IMG/VR virus record: IMGVR_UViG_3300012164_000002
Coordinates: 13,745 to 77,744 of that record
Strand: one strand, 5' to 3'
From: a virus
Length of the DNA: 64,000 nucleotides
Of this stretch, positions 27,090-36,080 are shown piece by piece; within the stretch, counting starts at the first letter, position 1, and every line of letters begins with the position of its first letter. The notes beneath the pieces are model-generated. The model saw only the letters and a list, made by a program, of their open reading frames with translations, ran no database searches and was not told the DNA's origin. The position numbers and the translations under genes were made by a program.

Positions 27090-28204
27090 CCATCATCCGC
27101 GACGTTCAGATCGAAGGGAACCTGGTGCCAAACTGCTTTCGAAGCATGATCTTCGGGAGCGGCAATAGCGGTAACCTCATCGTCAGTACCGGCTCGAACC
27201 ACAACTTAGGGGGAGACGAGTTCTGGCGAAACGTGACGAAGGTACCCGGCGGCAGTCAGATCGTGATGGTCACCTACAACCTCTACGTGAACGACACGCT
27301 CGACCTATCGCAGGCCGGGGTGATAGCCGGCACCATTCAGAACACCCCCGCGGCCTCCCCCGCACCTGCCGGAGCTGCGGGCGGCGCTGGCGGCATCGCC
27401 CCGGCAGGTCGTCCTGATGTAGACGGCAACACGGCTGGCGGAGGCGGTGGCGGAAGCACGGGCGGTGCAGGCGGCATCGCCGCTGGTGTGCAAGCAGCGG
27501 CTCCGGCAAACCAGAATGTAGCATTAGGAGGAAACGGAGGTGCGAGCGGTAAGGGCGGAGACGGGAGCTCCGGCATAGGAGGCATCGCTCGCGCGGGAGG
27601 GCTATGCCTCGCGAGACCGAGACTCGATCACGTCGTCGCGAACCTCTTTCGAAACTACGTTACCAGTACTGCCGTGCGAGCAGTCGCCGGCCGTCCTGGT
27701 GCCGGTGGTGCCGGTGGTGGCGGCGGAGGCGGGGACGGTGCAAGCGGCGCCGGAGCGGGAGCTGGGGGCGCCGCTGGGTTTATGATCGCAGTCTTCGCGC
27801 GGAAGATCAAACGAGGCCCTCTGACTATCGCGGACACGATCTTTGCGGGAGGCCAGATAGGCGGGGCGGGAGGCAACTCGAACGCCGGATCCAAGGGCGG
27901 CGGTGGCGCAGGTGGAGGTGGAGGTGGGGGTGTCATACTCATCGTGTACGAAGAGCTTCTCGGATCAAACCCAGGGGTGAATTGGATCAACGCAAGCGGT
28001 GGAAGAGGTGGCGTAGGCGGGAACGGATCCCTCAACGGTGGCGACGGGGGCGATGGCGGCGAGGGCGGACTCATCGTGCTCTGGGATATCAACAACAACT
28101 TCTGCACTGTCATCGCAGGCGCCTCTGGGGGTCCAGGCGGCCCTGCTTCCGGAGCTACAGGAGGAACGGCAGGTACTGCGGGACCTTGCCAGACAAGCCT
28201 ATGA
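27086..28204 (+). CDS. glycine-rich fibre protein 2 (paralogue)
   Basis: Same DTLDLS, ARKIKRG and YEELLGS blocks as 25977..27089. Confidence 0.7.
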   Translation: MTIIRDVQIEGNLVPNCFRSMIFGSGNSGNLIVSTGSNHNLGGDEFWRNVTKVPGGSQIVMVTYNLYVNDTLDLSQAGVIAGTIQNTPAASPAPAGAAGGAGGIAPAGRPDVDGNTAGGGGGGSTGGAGGIAAGVQAAAPANQNVALGGNGGASGKGGDGSSGIGGIARAGGLCLARPRLDHVVANLFRNYVTSTAVRAVAGRPGAGGAGGGGGGGDGASGAGAGAGGAAGFMIAVFARKIKRGPLTIADTIFAGGQIGGAGGNSNAGSKGGGGAGGGGGGGVILIVYEELLGSNPGVNWINASGGRGGVGGNGSLNGGDGGDGGEGGLIVLWDINNNFCTVIAGASGGPGGPASGATGGTAGTAGPCQTSL

Positions 28205-28440
28205 AGAACTACTACTACTGGTGGATCGAACGCACCGGCGGCGGCCAGTGGTTTGGGTGGAAACTCCTCGGCGACGAGGAGCTCTGGCGCTTCGAGTACG
28301 ATGTCGAGCGCGGAACTCCGGACGTCCGCCGCATGTACCGATGGGTGTGGACTGGCGCGGAATGGCAATACGACACGCGGAGCGCGATGGCGCTCTACGT
28401 GCGCGCCGGCGAACAGCGGATGGCGGCCATGTTCCCTTGA
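28201..28440 (+). CDS. aromatic-rich hypothetical protein
   Basis: 79 aa, Trp/Tyr-rich; coupled. Confidence 0.55.
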   Translation: MKNYYYWWIERTGGGQWFGWKLLGDEELWRFEYDVERGTPDVRRMYRWVWTGAEWQYDTRSAMALYVRAGEQRMAAMFP

Positions 28441-28446
28441 ACCGGC

Positions 28447-28475
28447 TTGACGTATAGTTTTCGTTAGCACATTAT
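28447..28475 (+). promoter_or_regulatory. sigma70-type promoter (leaderless)
   Basis: TTGACG-17 nt-CATTAT, with ATG 7 nt downstream. Confidence 0.65.
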
Positions 28476-28482
28476 CCGATCT

Positions 28483-28659
28483 ATGGTTCGGCCGAGAAAG
28501 GCGCAGGACGCTCGAAAGGGGCACGTCGTCGCCCTCCGTGTGTCTAAGGCCGAAAAGTTGGCGTTCGCGCGAGCGGCCGAACGCGCCGGAGCGAGCGGCG
28601 TCTCTATGTGGATACGGATGCTAGCGCTCAAGGAAGTTCAACGGGACGCCAAGAGATGA
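28483..28659 (+). CDS. ribbon-helix-helix regulator (58 aa, not in the ORF track)
   Basis: VALRVSKAEKLAFARAAERAGASGVSMWIRMLAL; stop overlaps the next ATG. Confidence 0.65.
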   Translation: MVRPRKAQDARKGHVVALRVSKAEKLAFARAAERAGASGVSMWIRMLALKEVQRDAKR

Positions 28660-30650
28660 TCGCCAGCGTCACCATAACGGACAGCCGAGAACGCGAGATC
28701 GGAGATGCGATCCGCAGCGTCGTCGACCACGTCGATCGCGTGATCCTCATCGACACTGGCATCAAAGATGGGACTGTCGAGCACGCGAGGAGGATCGCCG
28801 GCGACAAGCTCGTGTTGTTCAGTCACGACTGGGTAGACTTTTCGACGGCTCGGAATGTCGGGCTCAAAGCCGCGAAGATGTCCGGCGCCGAATGGGCCGT
28901 CATTGTCGATTCCGATGAGCGGCTCGAGTTCGAGGACGACTTCGATCTCCGGGCTGCCCTCTCCGAAGTCAGAGCGGACATAATCCGCATGGAGTCGGCC
29001 GACGGGCACTACCCGAAGGACAAGATCGTGCGCCTCTCATCGAAGGCGCGCTTCATCGGGCCGACGCACGAAGTGCTTCGCGGCGGAGCAAGAGAGACGC
29101 TCGAGGGCGCGCTCTTTCACGAGCTGTCGAAGTCCAGGCCGCAGCTCAAGCGGAAGTTCGCGCGCGACATCGAGCTCTTGCTCCCGTACATCGAGAAGAA
29201 CCCAACCGACCCGCGCTGGTACTACTACCTCGGCGCTTCCTACGAGGGTACGGGCGACCACGCGCGTGCCGCCGAGGCGTTTGGCGAGTGCGCGACGCGC
29301 CGGAAGATCGGCGATGAGGCGGCCTGGTCGTCGTACAAGCAGGCCGAGATGCTTCTCATTCTCAAGCGCTACGATGAATCCGTAGCCGCCGCTGCGCGCG
29401 GGATGGCGGCGAACGCGACTTTCGCGGAGTGCGCGTGGGTCGCCGCTGTGGCGGCCTCCCGCCAGCGCCAAAACGACCAGGCAATCGCTTGGGCGCGGAT
29501 CGCCGAAGCGGTGGGGCTCTACAAGGGGTGCGGCACGAACAGGGAGTTCTTCCGGCACCTGCCGGCGTCCTACGAGCTCCCGTATGATGTGCTCCGGTAC
29601 GCTCTCGCCGGCGAGAAGCAGCGAAAGCAAGCGGAAGCCGACTTCCACGCCGCGAGGCTCGCCCGCCTAGACACCGGCGGCGACGCCGCGCTCGAACGGC
29701 TCAGCGTCCTGGAGCTCGATCTCGTGAGCGTCTCGAGGGATTCCATCGCCGAGGACCGCGTGAAAGCGCGATCGATGCTTCGGCCGCCGCTGCTCGGCAG
29801 TGTTTGCCCGAGCACCAAGTTGGCGAAGATCCAATTCGACCCTCCGAACGGCTGGCAGCCGATGAACCCAAGCATCTGCATGCACAACGGCGAGATGCTC
29901 TGCGTAGTGCGAACGGTCAACTACTCGATGAGCGGGCGCCGGTACACGATCTTCGACGTCAACGGCGTGGTCCGCACCGAGAACTACCTTGGAAAGCTCA
30001 CTCCGCAGGGCGAGCTCGTCGATTCGACACTGATGCGTGACCTCGACCCCACTCCGCGGAAGAAGTCGAAGATTGTCGGCTACGAAGACGTCCGGCTGGT
30101 CTCGGTCGACGGCGTTCTCATGGCGAGCGCGACGGTGTGCGACCGCGACCCGGCGAGGCGCCTCATCGCGCGTCTAGATCTCGACGAGGCCGGCAATGTG
30201 AAGCTCGCCACCGTGCAGCCGTCGAACCAACTGCACGAGAAGAATTGGATGCCGGTTTCGGTCGGCGGCAAGTTCACGTACATCTACTCGCTCGACCCGA
30301 CGTGCATTCTCCCCGGGCCGCTGAGAGAGAGCCCGCTCGCGCTCGAACACCTGCGCGGGGGCGCCGCTGTCCCGTTCGACGGCGGCTACTTGTGCGTCAC
30401 GCACGAGAACATCGAGACTGACAGAGGACGGATCTACCTCCACCGGTTCGTGTGGCTCGATGCGCAGTTTCGCGTGACCGCCGTCTCACGCTCTTGGGTG
30501 TTCGCGCACTACGGCATCGAGTTCTGCGCGGGGATCGTCGCGCTCAATGGGGATCGGCTCGTGTTGTCCTACGGCATCGGCGACAGGGAGGCGTGGATCG
30601 CAGAGACGGACGCGCAAGAAGTCCGGGAGCTGGAAAGGATCGAACCATGA
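28656..30650 (+). CDS. GT2 glycosyltransferase-TPR-beta-propeller glycosidase/phosphorylase fusion
   Basis: IDTG..DGT, FSTARN, IVDSDE; TPR helices; NPSI, YEDVRL, EKNW and IEF GH130/GH43-like motifs. Confidence 0.8.
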   Translation: MIASVTITDSREREIGDAIRSVVDHVDRVILIDTGIKDGTVEHARRIAGDKLVLFSHDWVDFSTARNVGLKAAKMSGAEWAVIVDSDERLEFEDDFDLRAALSEVRADIIRMESADGHYPKDKIVRLSSKARFIGPTHEVLRGGARETLEGALFHELSKSRPQLKRKFARDIELLLPYIEKNPTDPRWYYYLGASYEGTGDHARAAEAFGECATRRKIGDEAAWSSYKQAEMLLILKRYDESVAAAARGMAANATFAECAWVAAVAASRQRQNDQAIAWARIAEAVGLYKGCGTNREFFRHLPASYELPYDVLRYALAGEKQRKQAEADFHAARLARLDTGGDAALERLSVLELDLVSVSRDSIAEDRVKARSMLRPPLLGSVCPSTKLAKIQFDPPNGWQPMNPSICMHNGEMLCVVRTVNYSMSGRRYTIFDVNGVVRTENYLGKLTPQGELVDSTLMRDLDPTPRKKSKIVGYEDVRLVSVDGVLMASATVCDRDPARRLIARLDLDEAGNVKLATVQPSNQLHEKNWMPVSVGGKFTYIYSLDPTCILPGPLRESPLALEHLRGGAAVPFDGGYLCVTHENIETDRGRIYLHRFVWLDAQFRVTAVSRSWVFAHYGIEFCAGIVALNGDRLVLSYGIGDREAWIAETDAQEVRELERIEP

Positions 30651-31273
30651 ACGACGAGATGGCTCAATCGGAAGTCGACAAGGTTATTACGCACGAGCTT
30701 CCTAAGCTGCCCGGGTGGTGCACCGTCGACAAGGCCAAGCGCATGGCCGCGCTCGCTCGCGGCGCCTCTCTCTGTATCGAGCTCGGCGTGTTTGGCGGCC
30801 GGAGCCTAGTAGCGATAGCGCTCACGCTGCGCGCCCAGGAGTCGGGGCGAGTAGACGGAATCGATCCCTACACAGCTTCTGCTGCGCTCGAGGGCACGAA
30901 CGACCCCGCCAACGACGAGTGGTGGGCGCAGCTCGACTACAAGGCGATCGAGAATGTCGCCGAGGAGGCGTTGTACCGGCTCGGGCTCGTTCAGTACGCG
31001 CGCCTGGTGCGTATGCTTTCGCGCGCGGTGGTCGCGTTCTACGGGGACGAAACCGTCGACCTCCTGCACCAGGATTCGAACCACTCAGAGGAGATCACGT
31101 GCCAGGAAGTCACGCTGTGGGCGCCAAAGATCCGACGCGGCGGATACTGGGCGTTCGACGATACGAATTGGCCGACAACGCAGAAGGCGCAAGTACTGCT
31201 CATGGAATCGGGTTTCACGCGCATGGAAGATCACGAGACGTGGGCCGTGTTTCAGAAAAAGGTGCAGCCGTGA
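30647..31273 (+). CDS. class I SAM methyltransferase (Methyltransf_24-like)
   Basis: IELGVFGGRS, DLLHQDSNHSEE, GGYWAFDD. Confidence 0.8.
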   Translation: MNDEMAQSEVDKVITHELPKLPGWCTVDKAKRMAALARGASLCIELGVFGGRSLVAIALTLRAQESGRVDGIDPYTASAALEGTNDPANDEWWAQLDYKAIENVAEEALYRLGLVQYARLVRMLSRAVVAFYGDETVDLLHQDSNHSEEITCQEVTLWAPKIRRGGYWAFDDTNWPTTQKAQVLLMESGFTRMEDHETWAVFQKKVQP

Positions 31274-32367
31274 AACCTCTCACTGTCGCGATGACACCCT
31301 CGTTCTTCTACGAAGGCGACAACCTGCTTCGAGCTCAGCTCAAGTGTCTCTCGGAACAGCGGGCGAAAGACTTCACCGTCCTGCTCATCGACAGCCACTA
31401 CAGCAAGCGCAAAGTGTACTCGAGCGAACTCGCCGAGCGCTACGGGCTCGACATCATCCACGTGCCCTACCAGCCGAACCTTCGCGTGGCGAAAAAGCTC
31501 GACTGCGCCGTCTTCAACGCCGGCTACTGCTACTCGGAGTCACCGAAGATCGTGCGCTTGTCGTGCTGGCGCTTCGTGCGGCCCGACTTCACCGAGATCT
31601 GTTTGAACAGCACGACCAACATCGACTTCAGGTTCCACAACTGCGACTCCCCCTCGCCTGAATTCGCGCATCCAGAAACCGATCACAACACGAAGATCTG
31701 GAACACGGACAGCGACGAGGTACGATGGGACGCTATACCGCCGTCATCGGGCTCGGCGGGCGCGCGGTGGGGGCCCGACAGCGACGCGGACGAGCCTGAG
31801 AGCCTGCTGCCCTCGAACTGCTACGGCAACGTCATGATCTTCCGCGACCAGTGGCTGTCGCTCAACGGCTGCGATGAGACGTTCACTAACACTGTCCACT
31901 ACGAGGACATCGACTTTTGCATCCGCGCGCGTCGTGCACACCTGCGAGGAAAGCGGGTAGCCCACAAGATGTATCGACTACATCACAGGTACGGCGGGCA
32001 CGCGGGACGTGCGAACGTGCCGCCGGACTACGCTTTCCTGGAGCCTTGCGCTGCCTGCGCTGCCGCCCTCTACGTGCTGGAGCCGAAACGCTTCGACATC
32101 GCCTCAAGGAGAGTTCTCGGAGAGATCGACGTCCGCGAAGGTGATGGCGTGTGGGTGTGCCGCACGTGCCTGCTCTGCGGGCCTCTCTACTCCAACAATC
32201 CCGCTGAGCACTTGCACAACCACAGTCGCACGAGGTCGCTCGTGCTGTCCGAGTACAAGATCGGAAGGAACTTGAACACGCTCGCCTCCGACATGGACGG
32301 CAAGCGAATCGAAGAGAAAGTTGAAGTCTTCGCACGTTCGTGGGAGGACTCGAGGTATTACACATGA
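31270..32367 (+). CDS. glycosyltransferase family 2-like
   Basis: LNGCDETF..YEDIDFC.R GT-A C-terminal motif. Confidence 0.7.
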   Translation: MKPLTVAMTPSFFYEGDNLLRAQLKCLSEQRAKDFTVLLIDSHYSKRKVYSSELAERYGLDIIHVPYQPNLRVAKKLDCAVFNAGYCYSESPKIVRLSCWRFVRPDFTEICLNSTTNIDFRFHNCDSPSPEFAHPETDHNTKIWNTDSDEVRWDAIPPSSGSAGARWGPDSDADEPESLLPSNCYGNVMIFRDQWLSLNGCDETFTNTVHYEDIDFCIRARRAHLRGKRVAHKMYRLHHRYGGHAGRANVPPDYAFLEPCAACAAALYVLEPKRFDIASRRVLGEIDVREGDGVWVCRTCLLCGPLYSNNPAEHLHNHSRTRSLVLSEYKIGRNLNTLASDMDGKRIEEKVEVFARSWEDSRYYT

Positions 32368-32921
32368 TCTCGGATCGCATCTCAATTCTGGAGCTGGCAG
32401 CGCAAGAAAACCCGCAAGGAGTCGTCGTCGAGATCGGCGTCGCGGGCGGCCACTTCACTAAGCAGATCTTGGCGACCTGGCCGACGTGCTCGAGACTGTA
32501 CGCCGTCGACTGTTGGGGGCCCTTCGAAGGCAACCACCTATCGGACAGCGATCAGGAACAGCGCTTTCGCCAAGTCACGGCGGACTTCGCCAAGCACGCC
32601 AACGTGAAGATCGTTCGGCAATACTCGCACATCGCCGCCATAGCCATTCCGCACGAATCTGTCGACTTCATCTACATAGACGCGGACCACAGTCACGCTG
32701 CGGCGTTGCGTGATCTCCGCTCTTGGTACACGAAGCTCAAGAAAAAAGGAATCATGGCGGGGCATGACTACTACAACGGGTGCGGCGTCAAGTCGGCCGT
32801 CGATGAGTTCGGGGCGCAGAAGAGCCTCACCGTAAACGTGACTACTGCTGAGTATTCGAGGGAAAGCGCTGTGCACGGCCCAGGGTGGGAAGGGCCGTCC
32901 TTCTGGTTTCGGAGGCTATGA
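32364..32921 (+). CDS. class I SAM methyltransferase (Methyltransf_24-like)
   Basis: VEIGVAGG, DFIYIDADHS, GIMAGHDY. Confidence 0.85.
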   Translation: MISDRISILELAAQENPQGVVVEIGVAGGHFTKQILATWPTCSRLYAVDCWGPFEGNHLSDSDQEQRFRQVTADFAKHANVKIVRQYSHIAAIAIPHESVDFIYIDADHSHAAALRDLRSWYTKLKKKGIMAGHDYYNGCGVKSAVDEFGAQKSLTVNVTTAEYSRESAVHGPGWEGPSFWFRRL

Positions 32922-33466
32922 TGCACGGGTCGGTATACGGATTCTTGGAAGCGCACGCCTCGGCGGCCGACGTCGCTGGTAAGAGAGTGCTCGAGGTCGG
33001 CGCCCTCGACGTGAATGGATCTCCGCGTCGAGTGCTCGAACCGCTCGGGCCCGCTGAGTACATCGGCGTCGACATACGACCGGGCCCGAAAGTAGACCGG
33101 GTGTGCCAGGCCGCCGAGATCGTTGATCTCTACGGGCCAGAGCGCTTCGACGTCGTCGTGAGCACCGAGATGCTAGAGCACGCCTCAGATTGGTGGGGAG
33201 CGGTCTCGAACATGAAGAGAGCGCTCGTCCCTGGCGGCCTGCTGCTACTCACGACCAGATCGCCCGGGTTCCCTCAGCACGATCACCCCGGCGACTACTG
33301 GCGCTTCACGAGGCAAGATGCCTTGGAGATCTTCTCCGACATGGAAGAGCTCGTAGTCTTGGAAGATCCCGCGGCTCCCGGTGTTTTCGTGCGCGCCAAA
33401 AAGCCGGCGACGTTCACTGAGCGCGATCTGGGCGCGAAGAGCGTCTCCAAAGCCCCGTGCGCGTGA
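32918..33466 (+). CDS. class I SAM methyltransferase (Methyltransf_11-like)
   Basis: VLEVGALDVNG, FDVVVSTEMLEH, HDHPGDYWRFT. Confidence 0.85.
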   Translation: MMHGSVYGFLEAHASAADVAGKRVLEVGALDVNGSPRRVLEPLGPAEYIGVDIRPGPKVDRVCQAAEIVDLYGPERFDVVVSTEMLEHASDWWGAVSNMKRALVPGGLLLLTTRSPGFPQHDHPGDYWRFTRQDALEIFSDMEELVVLEDPAAPGVFVRAKKPATFTERDLGAKSVSKAPCA

Positions 33467-33533
33467 GCGTATACCGGCGACAATCAAGGGTTTTTTCACT
33501 CTCAGCTTGAATAATGATAGGCTCTATGGGCCT

Positions 33534-33995
33534 ATGAGCCGCGCCGGCGTCGTCTTCGGAGTTTTCGCCACCGGCGTGGTCGCTGGAACGGCTGGGTTCC
33601 TCGTCGGACGCGCCATGGCGGCAGAGAAGGCCAAGCCGCTGCCTCCGCCGGCACCGACGCCCGCACCGACGGCGACGTCGAACGCGCTCCTCCAACCGAT
33701 CACTGCTGCGAGTCAAGTGCAACCGTTCCAGATGATCATCGCTCAAGCGCTCGCCAAACGGCCGAGCGAGATGGGCGAGTGGGGCCTCACGCCATCAGAC
33801 TACAGCGTTAGCGACGTAGACGGAGATCCGAGCAACCCGAAGTGGAAAAAGCTGCTTTCGACTTTGCAGAAGACGCTCAACGCTTTTCTCGTGGAAGAGG
33901 GGATTCCGTCCGACGCCCCCGCCGGGTTCCCACCCCAACTACGCACCGATGGCGTGCTCGACTACGCAACCTCGGTCGCGATCTACCACCTCTGA
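33534..33995 (+). CDS. N-terminally anchored protein with PGBD-like domain
   Basis: N-terminal TM; LQKTLN..LRTDGVLDYAT. Confidence 0.6.
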   Translation: MSRAGVVFGVFATGVVAGTAGFLVGRAMAAEKAKPLPPPAPTPAPTATSNALLQPITAASQVQPFQMIIAQALAKRPSEMGEWGLTPSDYSVSDVDGDPSNPKWKKLLSTLQKTLNAFLVEEGIPSDAPAGFPPQLRTDGVLDYATSVAIYHL

Positions 33996-34001
33996 GGCGC
34001 C

Positions 34002-34595
34002 GTGGCGAAGAGCCGCATACCTTGGAAAGCCCTCGCCGCCGGCGGCGTCGTCCTCGGTGTGTTCGGAATCGGTAAAGCGATCTCTGTCTCGAAGCGCCGG
34101 CAGGCCGAAGCGCAGGTCAACCAGCGCATAGCGATCATCGGCGACTCGTATGCGGCAGGCCTCGACAACTTTCTCAAAGAGCGTTTTCCGAACTTCAAGT
34201 TCGAAGGGCACGTCGGCACGAACACGTCGCAGTGGGCGGCGCACTCGAGCGCGTGCGGTTCGTGCGGCGACTGGCTTCCGGCGTTCAAGCCCGACGTCGT
34301 TCTAGTGAGCCTCGGCGTGAACGACGGGAAGACACCGAACAGCACGAACTACCAGACGATCGTCAGAGCACTTCACGGTCTCGGCGCGCGCGTCGTGTGG
34401 ATCGAGCCGCCGGCGGCCGTATCTGCTCCTGCCGTGCGAGACGCTATCGCGTCGCTCGGCGTGCAAACGGTTCCGGCCACGACGGTGCCGCTCAGCAAAG
34501 ACGGCCTTCACCCGGATCGGTTGGGGTACATGCTGTGGGCGGACGAGATCGCAGACGCGGTCGCGCCGATGTGGAGGAGAGTGCCCCGTGCCTGA
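34002..34595 (+). CDS. membrane-anchored SGNH/GDSL hydrolase
   Basis: IIGDS, LGVND, DGLHP blocks; N-terminal TM. Confidence 0.85.
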   Translation: MAKSRIPWKALAAGGVVLGVFGIGKAISVSKRRQAEAQVNQRIAIIGDSYAAGLDNFLKERFPNFKFEGHVGTNTSQWAAHSSACGSCGDWLPAFKPDVVLVSLGVNDGKTPNSTNYQTIVRALHGLGARVVWIEPPAAVSAPAVRDAIASLGVQTVPATTVPLSKDGLHPDRLGYMLWADEIADAVAPMWRRVPRA

Positions 34596-34872
34596 GACGA
34601 TTCGCCGAAACGGCCGCGTGGTGCCCGGGTTCGCGCTTGGCGACGAAGAGGCCGCGCGTTTCCGCGTCTTGCTGGACGGAGTGCTCAGAGCGGTCGAGCG
34701 CTTCTCGAAAAGTCTCACGCCTCGAGAGCTTGTAATACTACGGCTCGGGCTCACCGCGAGCCACTTGGAAGAGAGCATCGCGCACGGCGACTGGAAACGG
34801 GCGGATGCGCACGCGGATAGTGCCGCGCAACTGGTGCGACAGCTCGAGGAAAGCGAGGTGGCCCGTGCCTGA
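34588..34872 (+). CDS. hypothetical protein
   Basis: 94-aa coupled ORF. Confidence 0.5.
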   Translation: MPETIRRNGRVVPGFALGDEEAARFRVLLDGVLRAVERFSKSLTPRELVILRLGLTASHLEESIAHGDWKRADAHADSAAQLVRQLEESEVARA

Positions 34873-35419
34873 TCTCGGTTGCTCTCCGAACGCGGCCGTC
34901 GCTTTCGACTTTTTCGTGAATCGAGGCCTTCGCGACTATCAGGCGGCGGCCATCATCGGCAACCTCGAGCTCGAGTCGAGACTCGACTCTCGAATTGTCG
35001 CTATGGACACCGACAACTTGCCTCATCGCGGCATTGCGATGTGGAGCCCAGCCCGCTGGGATCGACTGCTCGCGCTCGCATCTTCAACCGGGCGGGACCC
35101 GTGGGAGATCGATACGCAACTAGAGTTCCTTTGGTACGAGCTCCAAACGGATGCGAGCCTGGGGCTCGGGCCGCTCGTCGCGTCACCGACGCTCGAAAGT
35201 GCGACCGTCGTCTTTCAGAATCAGTTCGAGCGACCGCGGCCCGATCTCGCGCACACCGATCGGCGCATCAACTACGCTCAAGTCGCGCTCTTCGCGTGTC
35301 CCGCCGTCCGTCCACCTAAACAGTCGCTCTTTCGCACTCTCGGCGCTGCCGCCGGCGTCGTGGCGCTCGTCGCTGCGGCGGGCTACAGCGCCTACCGAGC
35401 TCGGGAGGCGTGGGCATGA
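34865..35419 (+). CDS. phage tail-type lysozyme (Phage_lysozyme2) with C-terminal TM
   Basis: QAAAIIGNLELES..GIAMW...RW..TQLEFLWYEL. Confidence 0.85.
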   Translation: MPDLGCSPNAAVAFDFFVNRGLRDYQAAAIIGNLELESRLDSRIVAMDTDNLPHRGIAMWSPARWDRLLALASSTGRDPWEIDTQLEFLWYELQTDASLGLGPLVASPTLESATVVFQNQFERPRPDLAHTDRRINYAQVALFACPAVRPPKQSLFRTLGAAAGVVALVAAAGYSAYRAREAWA

Positions 35420-35853
35420 TGAACCCCTGGATCATAGCGGGGGGCGCAGCGGCGGCGGCGGTGGGCGGCATCCTCTTGGCTACTCGAAAGTCGACGCCGG
35501 CGACGCCTCCGCCGCCCGAGCCGCTGCAAACCTACGGCGAGCAGACGAGAGTCATCCTTCCGGTGCCGGGTGGGTGGCGACGCGTTACCGGGGTCGAAGT
35601 CAGCGCGCTTCCGGAGCTTCGTGCGAAAGCGGCCGAACTCCAAAACACATCGGGCTTCAAGACGATGCAGTACGGCACGCTCGCTCCGTTCACAGCCTCC
35701 GACGGCAAAACCTACGCGACGTGGATCGAGCAACACTTCCACGAGCCCGAGGGACCGGTGAAGCCGTGGGGCTATCACCATGGAGTCACGCTGCTCGCGA
35801 AGCTCGACGCCGGCGTCGCCGGACTCGATGAAGGCTACGGGTGGTTTCCATGA
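35416..35853 (+). CDS. membrane-anchored protein, paralogue of 6987..7406
   Basis: N-terminal TM followed by PVPGGWR domain. Confidence 0.65.
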   Translation: MMNPWIIAGGAAAAAVGGILLATRKSTPATPPPPEPLQTYGEQTRVILPVPGGWRRVTGVEVSALPELRAKAAELQNTSGFKTMQYGTLAPFTASDGKTYATWIEQHFHEPEGPVKPWGYHHGVTLLAKLDAGVAGLDEGYGWFP

Positions 35854-36080
35854 TGCGCAACGGCAAGCCGGTGATCGGTTTCGGCGAAGAGCTCGAACGG
35901 ATCCCGCCTCTAGAGCTCCGCACGGCGTACACCGTGAAGGGCCTCGGCATCGGCGCCGGCGGCCTCGTCGGCTACATGCTCGGCGGCCCGCTCGGCATGG
36001 TCGGTCTCGGCTTCGCCGGTTGGGCGCTCGGCAACCACATGGCCGTGAAGGCAGAGCGCGAGTACGGGAGGCGCGCGTGA
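35850..36080 (+). CDS. glycine-zipper membrane protein
   Basis: PVIGFGEE motif; GLGIGAGG..GGPLG. Confidence 0.6.
   Translation: MMRNGKPVIGFGEELERIPPLELRTAYTVKGLGIGAGGLVGYMLGGPLGMVGLGFAGWALGNHMAVKAEREYGRRA

Noticed and set aside
21524-28204. Diversity-generating retroelement or invertible cassette acting on the spike genes
   Set aside because: No reverse transcriptase, no TR/VR pair and no nucleotide-identical crossover repeats; the tag codons are synonymously diverged.
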